Position numbers and translations under genes: made by a program. Shown here one piece after another: positions 30,016 through 39,196 of a stretch of DNA of 64,000 nt (position 1 is its first letter; each line of letters starts with the position of its first letter). This stretch comes from an uncultured Gemmatimonadales bacterium (GTDB lineage: Bacteria; Gemmatimonadota; Gemmatimonadetes; Longimicrobiales; RSA9): NCBI GenBank assembly GCA_963741945.1, contig CAVUKA010000005.1:448001-512000 (forward strand). Direction: 5' to 3'. The notes below the pieces were generated by a model. It searched no databases. It was not told where the DNA came from and was given only the letters and a program-made list of their open reading frames with translations.

Positions 30016-31209
30016 TCAGACATCGCTCGTCATGATGAACACCGGTTGCCGGTTGAACGTGTGATAGATCGGGCGCAGCCGGTCCGTGTTGTAGTGGCGG
30101 TCCACGTCCACCACCTTCTTCCGCCCGACCACCACGTCGATCGGCACGTTGTCATACGCGCCGTTGCGAACGCTCACGAGCCGCCCGGACTTCCTCGCCA
30201 GCACGAGATCCAGGGCCAGGTTGCCGAACGCCATGGGGACAATGGAGTCCATGGCGTCCGGCTCGCCACTCCGGACCAGATACCCCAGGCGCTGGTTCAC
30301 CACGTTGACGCGATCGCCGTTGTTGAAGCGGGCCGAGCGGTCCTTGAGCTCCGCCGCCACGATGTCGCCGATTCCCCCCAGCTTCCTGTGCCCGAACATG
30401 TCCGGCTCCGCCCCCTCGAACTGCATCTCCCCGCCGCCGATCGTGGCGCCCTCCGAGATCAGGACCACGGAGTACCGTGACGGGTGGCGGTTGCGGTCGT
30501 AGACCATCAATTCCGTGAGCTGGTCGATGTCGAACGGGTGTTCCGGGATCACGCACCGATCCGCCGCGCCCGCCATGGTGGGGAGCAGCGCCGTGAACCC
30601 CGCGTATCGTCCGAATACCTCGATCACCAGGAAACGCTCGTGGGAGCCCGCGGACGTGCGCAGCCGGTGGGTCAGCTCGATGGTCCGCGTAACGCACGTG
30701 CTGAACCCGATGCAGTAGTCCGTCCCTGGAACGTCGTTGTCCATGGTCTTCGGGATCGCCACCACGCGCACGCCCTCGCGGTGCAGCCGGTGGGCGTAGC
30801 TGAGCGTGTCATCCCCGCCAATGGCGATGAGCATGTCCACCCCCAGCCACTCCAGGTTGTCCAGCACGATCGGGGTCGCGTCGTTCACTTCCTCCGTAAG
30901 GCGGTCCCGAAGGTGCTGCGGCACCAGCGTCCGGGGTAGATGGCTCGGCCGCGTCCGGGACGTGTGGAGGAACGTGCCTCCCGTTCGCCCCGCACGGTTC
31001 ACCACCTCCTCCGTCAGCGTCTGGACGCTCGCGCTGTTGTCCGCGTCCCCCTCCCGCCTCAGGTCCACGAGCCCCGCCCATCCCCGCCGGATCCCCAGCA
31101 CGCGGTAGCCTTCCCTCAAAGCCCGGATCGTGATCGCCCGGATCGCCGGATTCAGACCGGGGACGTCGCCGCCGCCGGTCAGGATGCCGATGGTGCCCCG
31201 CTTGCTCAC
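30016..31209 (-). CDS. 6-phosphofructokinase (PfkA family, PPi-type signature)
   Basis: LTGGGDVPGLN, GGTFLHTSR, GGDDT, PKTMDND, EVFGRYAG, LGYLVRSG; GTG start at 31209. Confidence 0.93.
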   Translation of the reverse strand: MSKRGTIGILTGGGDVPGLNPAIRAITIRALREGYRVLGIRRGWAGLVDLRREGDADNSASVQTLTEEVVNRAGRTGGTFLHTSRTRPSHLPRTLVPQHLRDRLTEEVNDATPIVLDNLEWLGVDMLIAIGGDDTLSYAHRLHREGVRVVAIPKTMDNDVPGTDYCIGFSTCVTRTIELTHRLRTSAGSHERFLVIEVFGRYAGFTALLPTMAGAADRCVIPEHPFDIDQLTELMVYDRNRHPSRYSVVLISEGATIGGGEMQFEGAEPDMFGHRKLGGIGDIVAAELKDRSARFNNGDRVNVVNQRLGYLVRSGEPDAMDSIVPMAFGNLALDLVLARKSGRLVSVRNGAYDNVPIDVVVGRKKVVDVDRHYNTDRLRPIYHTFNRQPVFIMTSDV

Positions 31210-31315
31210 ATTCCACTCCTGTCTCCTGGTCCGCGTGGTGCACCTTCGCCTCGGCTTCCGCATCGGCCCCCAGCCCGCGGCCCGCGGCCCGCGGCGAGCG
31301 CGTCGACCCGGGCGG

Positions 31316-31768
31316 TCAGCGCGGCTCGCGCGGCAGGAGCCGGCGACCGAGCCGGTGGAGCAGGACCACCAGGAGGGCGGCCGCGACCGCAACGATCAGG
31401 AAAGCCAGCCAGCGCCGGTGCACCCAGTCCATATGGTTCAGGTCCATGGGCGTGGTCATGACGAACCACGTGATGAGGCCCAGATCCGTGATGGCCAGCC
31501 GGGTGGCGTAGAATGCCGTCCACCGGGGCCACAGCACCGTCAGCACCACCGCCAGCTCCATGGCGCTGAACACCACGGACGTCACGAAAGTGCGGGGCGA
31601 CGGGATGGCCACCATGCGCTCCTGCTCCAGGCGCTCCGGCGACGGCACCGTGGTCATCGCCTGCCACATGAGCCACACCACCACGACCCAGCTGCCGATC
31701 AGCAGCAGCCAGAAGACCATGCGCGCCAGCCGCGGCGGCCCGGACCTGGTCGAAGCCATGATCGTCAC
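31316..31768 (-). CDS. Hypothetical membrane protein (about 4 TM)
   Basis: Four hydrophobic segments; GTGA overlap with the upstream gene. Confidence 0.7.
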   Translation of the reverse strand: MTIMASTRSGPPRLARMVFWLLLIGSWVVVVWLMWQAMTTVPSPERLEQERMVAIPSPRTFVTSVVFSAMELAVVLTVLWPRWTAFYATRLAITDLGLITWFVMTTPMDLNHMDWVHRRWLAFLIVAVAAALLVVLLHRLGRRLLPREPR

Positions 31769-32061
31769 CGCCCGCCCGGCACCGCCCTCAGGAACCGCTT
31801 CGCCACCGTGATCAGGCGATCGTCCTGCTCTCGCAGCGGCCGCTCCCGCTCCTTCTCCAGCAGACGCTCCACGTGCGGGCGCAGCTGTGGCGATCCCCAC
31901 CGGTAGCCAGTTGCCTCTTCGGCACTCCTCGTGTCCCCTTCCCTCGCCGCCTCCAACATGGCGAACGCGGCCGCAGCGTCGTAGCCGGGGTCGTCCAGGG
32001 GCGGCAGCGCGAATCGGCGCTGCGGCTCGGGGGCATCCTCATTGACGAAAGCTCGTGACAT
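31765..32061 (-). CDS. Small hypothetical protein beginning MSRAFVNED
   Basis: GGAGG RBS; N-terminus resembles the MSRAFVKE start of short GreA/GreB-family proteins. Confidence 0.7.
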   Translation of the reverse strand: MSRAFVNEDAPEPQRRFALPPLDDPGYDAAAAFAMLEAAREGDTRSAEEATGYRWGSPQLRPHVERLLEKERERPLREQDDRLITVAKRFLRAVPGGR

Positions 32062-32248
32062 GGCACCTCCACGTTGAATGTGCCCCGGGCGCGGCGGCAC
32101 TACAAGCCGAGGGCGCTGTCATACCGGCAGGAGGTGGCCTCCGGACGCCATTTAGGCGGGTGGGCGCCGGTCGGAGCGGCCGGGGCTCTGGCGGGTATAG
32201 AGCTCGTGAAGCGCGTGTTCGCGGGCAGAAGGAGCTTGTGGCCGACTT

Positions 32249-32270
32249 CTGGCAAGCATACTGCTTCCTT
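32249..32270 (+). promoter_or_regulatory. sigma54-like -24/-12 promoter upstream of lon
   Basis: CTGGCAAGCATACTGCTTCCTT, GG-N10-GC; shares CTGCTTCCTT with the hsp20 site. Confidence 0.6.
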
Positions 32271-32390
32271 AACCGTGGTTAACACGCTCGCCGTCCGAAA
32301 CGGCAGAGCAGGTAGACGAGGCGAGGATCCGCGGTCAGAGGGGTGGCGGGGGCTCGCGAGAGGAACCGAGAGGGGAAGGGGCAACGCACT

Positions 32391-35096
32391 ATGGGTGATC
32401 GAATCAGGCTGCCGGTCCTGCCGCTGCGGGAGACGGTGGTGTTCCCCGGCGTGACCGTTCCGATCAGCGCGGGTCGGCCCGGCACGGTGGAGGCGATACA
32501 GAAAGCGATGGCGGAAGACCGCCGCATGTTCGCGGTGTGCCAGAGCGAGAACGAGGACGATCCCAGCCCGGAGGTCCTGCACGACTTCGGCGTGATCGTG
32601 CGCGTGGTGCAGGCACAGCGGGTACGGGGCGGGCTGCAGCTCCTGATCCAGGGAGAGCAGCGCGCCCGTTCGCTGGAGGTGACGCAGGAGGGTGAGCGCG
32701 GACTGGAAGCGGTGGTCCGTGTGGTGGAGGATCAGCCGGTATGGAACCCGGAGGACCCGGCGTACAAGGCGCTCGACCGTGAGCTGCGCGAGCGGTCCGT
32801 GGAGCTCGGCCGTCGCCGGGGGATCCCGGACGAAGCGCTGCAGCAGCTGGTGGAAGGGATCGAGGATCCGGGTCGCTTTGCCGACATGGTGTCGTTCTAC
32901 CTGGAGGTTCCTGCCTCGGAGAAGCAGGAGCTGCTGGAGATGCTGCCGGTGGAGAGCCGCATGCGTCAGGTCCTGCTGTCCGTCGAGCGGGATCTCGTGC
33001 GCCTCGAGGCGCAGGAGGAGATCCAGCAGCGTGTACAGCAGGAGCTCGGCGAGAAGCAGCGCGAGATGGTGCTGCGCGAGCAGCTCAAGGCGATCCAGAA
33101 GGAGCTGGGTGAGGAGGACGCCGAGAACGAAGCCGAGGCGCTGCGGCAGCAGCTGGATGCCCTCGATCTCCCGGAGGCCGCGAGGGAGGAGGCGGACCGC
33201 GAGCTGAACCGGCTCCGTCGCACGCATCCACAGTCGGCGGAGTACCAGGTCATCCGGACCTACCTGGACTGGGTGACCGAGCTGCCGTGGAACGACCGGA
33301 CGGAGGATGCCATCATCCTCGATCGGGCGGAGCGGATCCTGGACGAGGATCATTACGGCCTCGAGGACGTGAAGGACCGCGTGGTCGAGTTCCTGGCCGT
33401 GCGCAAGCTCCAGATGGAGCGAGCGGACCGCGAGGCCCGTGAGGCGGAGGAAGCGGCCGCCGAAGCGGAGGAAGCGGCCGCCGAAGCGGCCGCCGAGGCG
33501 GCGGCCGCGGCCGGGCCAGAGGACGGTGAGGCGGAGGCCGAGGCGGACGAGGCGGCCGACGCGATCGGCGAGTCCCCGGATGCGGTGTCGGCGTCGAATG
33601 ATGCGCCGGAGGTTTCCACCACGGGCGCCGTGGAGGGCGGTGAAGTGCCCGCTCCCACCCGTGAGCGGAAGCCGTCGCCCGACGAGGAGTCGCCCGAGGA
33701 TGCCGACATGGCGCGCTCCCGTGCCGTGGGCAAGGGGCCGATCCTGCTCTTCGTGGGCCCCCCCGGCGTCGGGAAGACGTCGATCGCCAAGTCCATCGCC
33801 CGGGCGCTGGGCCGGAAGTACGTGCGCATCGCCCTCGGCGGCGCACGCGACGAAGCGGACATCCGCGGCCACCGGCGCACATACGTCGGTGCCATGCCCG
33901 GTCGGATCATCCAGGGGCTGAAGCAGGCCGGTACGAAGAACCCGGTGTTCCTGCTCGACGAGGTGGACAAGCTCGGTGTGTCGCTGCAGGGCGATCCATC
34001 GGCGGCGCTGCTCGAAGTGCTGGATCCGGCGCAGAACTTCCAGTTCGTGGACCACTACCTGGGGATGCCGTTCGATCTCTCGGAAGTGCTGTTCATTGCC
34101 ACCGCCAACTACCAGGACCGCATCCCGGCGCCGCTCCAGGACCGGATGGAGCTGGTGGACTTCAGCGGATACACGGAGCAGGAGAAGCTGGAGATCGCCA
34201 AGCGCTATCTCCTCCCCAGGCAGCGGGACGACAACGGGGTGGACGAGGAGAGCCTCGAGGTCATGGATGAGGCGATCCTGCGGGTGATCAGCGAATACAC
34301 GCGGGAAGCGGGCGTGAGGCAGCTGGAGCGCGAGCTGGGCAAGCTGGCGCGAAAGGCCGCGCGTCGCATTGCCGGGGGTGACAAGGCGAAGGTCCGGGTG
34401 GATGCGGACGACATACAGCCGCTCCTCGGCCGCCCCCGGGTGCACCCCGAGGAAGCGGCGAAGGTGGACACGGTGGGTGTCGCCACGGGGATGTACTACA
34501 CGCCCATGGGGGGCGACATCATGTTCGTGGAGACCAGCGCGTCGAAGGGGAAGGACAAGCTGATCCTGACCGGCCAGCTGGGCGACGTGATGAAGGAATC
34601 GGCACGAGCCGCGCTCACCTACGCCAAGACGCACGCCGAGAGGCTGGGCATCTCCGCCGAGCAGCTTCGTGACACCGAGCTGCACATCCATGTGCCGGCC
34701 GGCGCGGTACCGAAGGACGGGCCGTCCGCAGGCGTTGCCATGGCGACGTCCGTGGTCTCGGCGCTCTCGGGGCGGCCGGTGCGGAACGATGTCGCGATGA
34801 CGGGTGAGATCACGCTCACGGGCCGGGTGCTGCCCATCGGCGGCGTGAAGGAGAAGGTCCTGGGCGCATTCCGCTCCGGCATCCGCACGGTGATCCTGCC
34901 GAAGGAGAATGAGCCGGACGTCGATGACCTGCCGGTGGAAGCCAGGGAGCAGATCGAGTTCCACTTTGCCGAGGATCTGGGCGAAGCACTGGCGCTCGCG
35001 CTGCGCGGCGCGCGCCTGGAGGATGGGGCGCTCACGTTCCCGGAGGGCGCGCTGGTCCACGAGGGCCACTCGGGGTCCGAGCAGGAGCTGCACTAG
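32391..35096 (+). CDS. lon: ATP-dependent protease La (Lon) with long acidic insertion
   Basis: LPVLPLR, DHYGLEDVKDR, GPPGVGKTS, LLDEVDK, PKDGPSAG (Ser), GGVKEK (Lys). Confidence 0.97.
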   Translation: MGDRIRLPVLPLRETVVFPGVTVPISAGRPGTVEAIQKAMAEDRRMFAVCQSENEDDPSPEVLHDFGVIVRVVQAQRVRGGLQLLIQGEQRARSLEVTQEGERGLEAVVRVVEDQPVWNPEDPAYKALDRELRERSVELGRRRGIPDEALQQLVEGIEDPGRFADMVSFYLEVPASEKQELLEMLPVESRMRQVLLSVERDLVRLEAQEEIQQRVQQELGEKQREMVLREQLKAIQKELGEEDAENEAEALRQQLDALDLPEAAREEADRELNRLRRTHPQSAEYQVIRTYLDWVTELPWNDRTEDAIILDRAERILDEDHYGLEDVKDRVVEFLAVRKLQMERADREAREAEEAAAEAEEAAAEAAAEAAAAAGPEDGEAEAEADEAADAIGESPDAVSASNDAPEVSTTGAVEGGEVPAPTRERKPSPDEESPEDADMARSRAVGKGPILLFVGPPGVGKTSIAKSIARALGRKYVRIALGGARDEADIRGHRRTYVGAMPGRIIQGLKQAGTKNPVFLLDEVDKLGVSLQGDPSAALLEVLDPAQNFQFVDHYLGMPFDLSEVLFIATANYQDRIPAPLQDRMELVDFSGYTEQEKLEIAKRYLLPRQRDDNGVDEESLEVMDEAILRVISEYTREAGVRQLERELGKLARKAARRIAGGDKAKVRVDADDIQPLLGRPRVHPEEAAKVDTVGVATGMYYTPMGGDIMFVETSASKGKDKLILTGQLGDVMKESARAALTYAKTHAERLGISAEQLRDTELHIHVPAGAVPKDGPSAGVAMATSVVSALSGRPVRNDVAMTGEITLTGRVLPIGGVKEKVLGAFRSGIRTVILPKENEPDVDDLPVEAREQIEFHFAEDLGEALALALRGARLEDGALTFPEGALVHEGHSGSEQELH

Positions 35097-35130
35097 CGGC
35101 GCGCCCGTCCGCCAGCGGGACGGGTGACAC

Positions 35131-35165
35131 GAAGAGGGCCGGGAGCGTGACTCCCGGCCCTCTTC
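35131..35165. terminator. Bidirectional terminator hairpin between lon and the aldehyde dehydrogenase gene
   Basis: GAAGAGGGCCGGGAG-CGTGA-CTCCCGGCCCTCTTC, perfect 15-bp stem. Confidence 0.8.
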
Positions 35166-35186
35166 GCATGCCGCCGGTCCCCGGTA

Positions 35187-36578
35187 TCAGGCCGGCAGGC
35201 CGTCGATCACGTCATCCACGGCCACAGTCTTCGTGTTCACGAACTCGTGCATCCCCACGCGGGCCAGCTCCCGGCCGTACCCGCTGCTCTTGATCCCGCC
35301 GAACGGGAGCCTCGGATCACTGGCCACCATGCGGTTGATGAAGACCGCGCCGGCTTCGATCCGGTCGAGGAACGCATCACGCTCAGCGCGCTCCCGGGTC
35401 CACGCGCTGGCGCCGAGACCGAAACGGGTTCGGTTGGCCACCTCGATGGCTTCGTCCAGGGAGCCCACGGTGAAGATGGCCGCGAGCGGACCGAACGTCT
35501 CCTCGGCGGCGGCCGGGCTGTCGAGCGGCACGCCGGTGAGCACGGTCGGCAGGTAGAACCATCCCGGCCGATCCGGAGCGCGTCCACCGGTCCGAAGGGA
35601 TGCGCCGGCCTCGAGGGTGCGATGCACCTGGTCCGCCAGGTCGTCCCGGATCTGCTCCGTCGCCAGCGGCCCAATGTCCGTGGCGGCGTCCATCGGATCT
35701 CCCACGGTCAGCGCCTCGGTCCGCTGCACGAACCCCGCGACGAACGCGTCGGCCACCGCCTCGTGCACGATGAACCGCTTGGCCGCGATGCAGCTCTGGC
35801 CATTGTTGATGTGGCGCGCGGTGACGGCGGTCTCCACCGCGCTCTCCAGGTCGGCGCTCGGCATCACGATGAACGGATCGCTGCCGCCAAGCTCCAGCAC
35901 CGTCTTCTTGACCTGCTGTCCGGCGGTGCCCGCCACCGAGGCTCCCGCCCCTTCGCTCCCCGTGAGCGTGACCGCATGCACGCGCGGGTCCTCGATCACG
36001 GAAGCCACGCGACCGGACTCGATCAGGAGCGTCTGGAACGCGCCCTCGGGGAAGCCCGCCTGGTGGAAGATCCCCTCGATGGCGAGGGCGCACGCGGGAA
36101 CATTGGACGCGTGCTTCAGCAGCCCGACGTTTCCCGCCATGAGGGCGGGCGCGGCAAACCGGAACAGCTGCCAGAAGGGGAAGTTCCACGGCATCACGGC
36201 CAGCACCGTCCCGAGCGGCTGATAGCGGACGAGGCTGCGCTCCGCGGCCGCGGAGACCGGCTCGTCCGCCATGAACCGGGGACCGTTCTCGGCGTAGTAC
36301 CTGCACGCCCAGGCACACTTCTCCGCTTCCGAGACCGCCGCGCCGAGGGGCTTCCCCATCTCCCGCGTCATCAGCGCGCCCCAGCGGTCCCGCTGCGATT
36401 CCAGGATCTCCGCCGCCCGCGTGAGCCAGCGGGCGCGGTCTTCGAACGAAGTCCTCCGGTACGAGGCGAACGTCTCCGCCGCGGCCGCGATCCTGTCATC
36501 GAGCGCCCGCCCGTCGAGCGTATCGAACGTCTCGACCACTTCTCCGGTCGTTGGATTCATGCTGCGCATGGTGCCCAT
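35187..36578 (-). CDS. NAD(P)-dependent succinate-semialdehyde dehydrogenase (Sad/GabD-like aldehyde dehydrogenase)
   Basis: MPWNFPFWQ, LKHAS, TGSEGAG, LELGGSDP, NGQSCIAAKR, EETFGP, PFGGIKSSGYGRE. Confidence 0.92.
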   Translation of the reverse strand: MGTMRSMNPTTGEVVETFDTLDGRALDDRIAAAAETFASYRRTSFEDRARWLTRAAEILESQRDRWGALMTREMGKPLGAAVSEAEKCAWACRYYAENGPRFMADEPVSAAAERSLVRYQPLGTVLAVMPWNFPFWQLFRFAAPALMAGNVGLLKHASNVPACALAIEGIFHQAGFPEGAFQTLLIESGRVASVIEDPRVHAVTLTGSEGAGASVAGTAGQQVKKTVLELGGSDPFIVMPSADLESAVETAVTARHINNGQSCIAAKRFIVHEAVADAFVAGFVQRTEALTVGDPMDAATDIGPLATEQIRDDLADQVHRTLEAGASLRTGGRAPDRPGWFYLPTVLTGVPLDSPAAAEETFGPLAAIFTVGSLDEAIEVANRTRFGLGASAWTRERAERDAFLDRIEAGAVFINRMVASDPRLPFGGIKSSGYGRELARVGMHEFVNTKTVAVDDVIDGLPA

Positions 36579-36601
36579 CCGAGCCTCCGCTGCAGGAACG
36601 T

Positions 36602-36618
36602 GTAGGAACGTACCCGAC
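36602..36618. promoter_or_regulatory. GTAGG-N7-CCNAC operator-like palindrome between the aldehyde dehydrogenase and SURF1 genes
   Basis: GTAGGAACGTACCCGAC. Confidence 0.5.
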
Positions 36619-36761
36619 CTGCAACTCTCGCGCACGCGCCTCCGAACCACCCCCGCGCGGCTCGCGCAACCACCCCCCGCGCGGCTGGCGCAGGGGCACC
36701 GGTCCCGGGATCGGCCGCGCGGCCGTATGTTGGTCGCGAAGCAACGTCAACGGGAGGATCG

Positions 36762-37565
36762 ATGCGTCCCCTGGAGATCACGCGCGCCGGCGTTCTCGGC
36801 ACCGTGGCGGTTCTGGTGGTGGCCGCGGTCTGCGTCCGCCTCGGGATCTGGCAGCTGCACCGCCGCGAAGGCCGCCTCGCCCACAACGCGGTGGTCGCGG
36901 CGAGGATGTCGGCAGACCCAATGGAAGTGACAGAGGCCATCCGCGACACCACCGGCCTCACCTATCGCCGCGCCATCATCGAGGGCGAATACGACGGCGA
37001 CCGCACGATCGTCCTGGCCGGGCGCAGCTATCGGGAAATGCCGGGCGTCCACGTGTACTCGCCGCTGCGGCTGGCGGGAGGCGCGGTGCTCGTGAACCGG
37101 GGCTGGGCTCCGGCCGCCGACGCCGCCACGGTCGACATGGCCGGGTTCCGCCTCCGGGGACCGATTCGCGTGGAGGGGATCCTCATGCCATTCCCGGACA
37201 TCCACGTGGAGGTCCAGGAGAGCGGTTTCCGGACGCGGTGGTTCCGTCTCGCCGGCGACGCCATCCGTCGACAGTACCCGTACCCCGTCGCGCCGCTCTA
37301 TCTGCTCGCCACGTCGCCGCCACCGACGCCCGCCTCCGGGCAGGCGGGCGCCTCGTCCGGGGCGGAGCGTCGGCTGCCGATCCGGGCCGACCCCCCGGAG
37401 CTGACCGGTGGACCGCACCTGTCGTACGCCATCCAGTGGTTCAGCTTCGCCACCATCTTCATCGTGGGATGGATCGCGCTGCTGCTGCGGGGGAGCCGGG
37501 AAGCCCCCGGCGGAGGCGGCGCCGGAACGCTGCGGCCCGGTGGCGATCGGCGGCCGCACGACTGA
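36762..37565 (+). CDS. SURF1 family protein (heme-copper oxidase assembly)
   Basis: LGIWQLHR, VLVNRGW, HLSYAIQWFSFA. Confidence 0.93.
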   Translation: MRPLEITRAGVLGTVAVLVVAAVCVRLGIWQLHRREGRLAHNAVVAARMSADPMEVTEAIRDTTGLTYRRAIIEGEYDGDRTIVLAGRSYREMPGVHVYSPLRLAGGAVLVNRGWAPAADAATVDMAGFRLRGPIRVEGILMPFPDIHVEVQESGFRTRWFRLAGDAIRRQYPYPVAPLYLLATSPPPTPASGQAGASSGAERRLPIRADPPELTGGPHLSYAIQWFSFATIFIVGWIALLLRGSREAPGGGGAGTLRPGGDRRPHD

Positions 37566-37654
37566 GGTGCGGCGAAAGGCGCGGGAACAAACCCCGGGGT
37601 CCCGGCGCTATCAACTGCGAAGCCCCGGACCCCAGACAGAGAGGAGCATCCCCG

Positions 37655-38263
37655 ATGAAGATGGTGATCCCGGTTGTGGCCGTTGCCATGGCCGCGCTTC
37701 CAGCGCAGAGGGCCGCCGCCCAGGCGTGCCTGGGGCTGCCCACCCGCGATGGCGCGATCGCAGTGGCCGCCGTTGCCGATCTCGGGCAGGGCGACGCCGC
37801 CTACGGCGCAGAGTTCACGGCCGATGTTTCCGGTCCCGCGTCGTTCCGCTTCGGCTACACCGACGCGGGCGACGGAGACGCGCGCACGTTCACCGGGCTG
37901 GCGAGTTACGACTTCTTCCTGGTCGAGCCGTCGGTCTGCGCCGTAGGCGGGGTCACGTACGTGGCGGACCCGGAGCCCCACGTCGCAGACCGACTGGGTG
38001 TCCCGGTGGGCCTCGGGATCGGCAAGACGCTGGCGTATCCCCACTACAGCGCCACGATCTACGCCCTGCCCCAGTACGTATGGGTGCGTGAAAAGGTCAC
38101 GGACCCGCTCCGCGGCGAAACCACGGGGACATCGAACGAGTTTCGCGCCGAGGCCGGGGCCACCCTGGCGCTCTTTCCCTTCTACGTGGGTGGCGCGGTG
38201 GTGGTCTCCACGGTGGGCGATGGGGACCCGGCCTTTCGACTCCGGCTGGGCCTGACCTTCTGA
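37655..38263 (+). CDS. Hypothetical secreted protein, possible small outer-membrane beta-barrel
   Basis: Signal peptide AAAQ, alternating strands, C-terminal FRLRLGLTF beta-signal; GAGGAG RBS. Confidence 0.7.
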   Translation: MKMVIPVVAVAMAALPAQRAAAQACLGLPTRDGAIAVAAVADLGQGDAAYGAEFTADVSGPASFRFGYTDAGDGDARTFTGLASYDFFLVEPSVCAVGGVTYVADPEPHVADRLGVPVGLGIGKTLAYPHYSATIYALPQYVWVREKVTDPLRGETTGTSNEFRAEAGATLALFPFYVGGAVVVSTVGDGDPAFRLRLGLTF

Positions 38264-38724
38264 TGCCGCGGGCCCGGTTGACCCGCGGGGCCGCGTGCCT
38301 CGCCGTCGCCACTCTCGCGCTGGCCCCGCTCGTGGCGTGCAGTGGCGACGGCACGGGCCCCTCCGACCGGGATCTCGTGGGGGTTTGGGGCGCGCTGAGG
38401 TTCGAGTACACCTCCGCCGCCCAACCGCCCCTCAGTCGGGACATCGTGCAGGACGACGGCGCCAGCTACACGATCGACTTCACCCTCGAGGGAACGTACA
38501 CCACGCGCCTCTCCGAGCAGAGCGGCACTACCAGGGACGCCGGCACCTTCGACATCAGGGGGAGCACGCTGGTGCTGGTTTCCAACGACGGCCCGCGGGT
38601 GGAGTACGAGCAGTCGCTGGAGAACGGCTTCATGACGCTCCGGCGCCAGGATGCGGCCTTCGACTTCGACAGCGACGGGACCCCCGAGCCCGCCTCGCTG
38701 TTCATACGCCTCCAGCACTTCTGA
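38263..38724 (+). CDS. Lipoprotein with lipocalin-like domain
   Basis: LVAC lipobox, LVGVW and GTF..GSTLVL patterns; TGATG overlap. Confidence 0.7.
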   Translation: MPRARLTRGAACLAVATLALAPLVACSGDGTGPSDRDLVGVWGALRFEYTSAAQPPLSRDIVQDDGASYTIDFTLEGTYTTRLSEQSGTTRDAGTFDIRGSTLVLVSNDGPRVEYEQSLENGFMTLRRQDAAFDFDSDGTPEPASLFIRLQHF

Positions 38725-38848
38725 GTGGCCGGAACGGCGCGGCCGTACACCGTGGCCCGGGCGCAGGATCATTGCGCGCGCAATGGATCGGCGTAGCTTG
38801 GACGGCGGGAGATCCCCCAGACGACACATCACACCGGAGGAATACCGA

Positions 38849-39109
38849 ATGGCCAAGGCACGCGGTGGACTCGCTCAGAAGGTCCAGCCGGACGCCCAGC
38901 TCGCGAGCGTGGTGGGCAGTGAGCCGATGACGCGCAGCGAGATCACCAAGAAGGTCTGGGACTACGTCAAGAAGAACAAGCTGCAGGATTCGCAGAACCG
39001 GCGAATGATCAATGCGGATGGCACGTTGCGGCCCATCTTCAACGGCCAGGATCAGGTCTCGATGTTCGAGATGACCAAGCTCGTCAACCAGCACGTCACG
39101 AAGGTCTGA
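38849..39109 (+). CDS. Stand-alone SWIB/MDM2-domain protein
   Basis: LASVVGSEPMTRSEITKKVWDYVKKNKLQD...INAD...VSMFEMTKLV; GGAGG RBS. Confidence 0.92.
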   Translation: MAKARGGLAQKVQPDAQLASVVGSEPMTRSEITKKVWDYVKKNKLQDSQNRRMINADGTLRPIFNGQDQVSMFEMTKLVNQHVTKV

Positions 39110-39131
39110 GCCGAGCAGAGCCGATCCGCAC

Positions 39132-39168
39132 CGAGGGGCCCGGGCACTTCCGCCCTCCGGGCCCCTCG
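39132..39168. terminator. Hairpin between convergent genes
   Basis: CGAGGGGCCCGG...CCGGGCCCCTCG 12-bp stem. Confidence 0.6.
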
Positions 39169-39196
39169 CCGGCTGCCGCTCCACTGGCCGTCTCCA

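Noticed and set aside
33414-33725. Intein in Lon
   Set aside because: No Cys/Ser start or His-Asn end; low-complexity acidic sequence
36645-36686. Short direct repeat AACCACCCCC(C)GCGCGGCT x2
   Set aside because: Two copies of low-complexity GC-rich sequence with no supporting context
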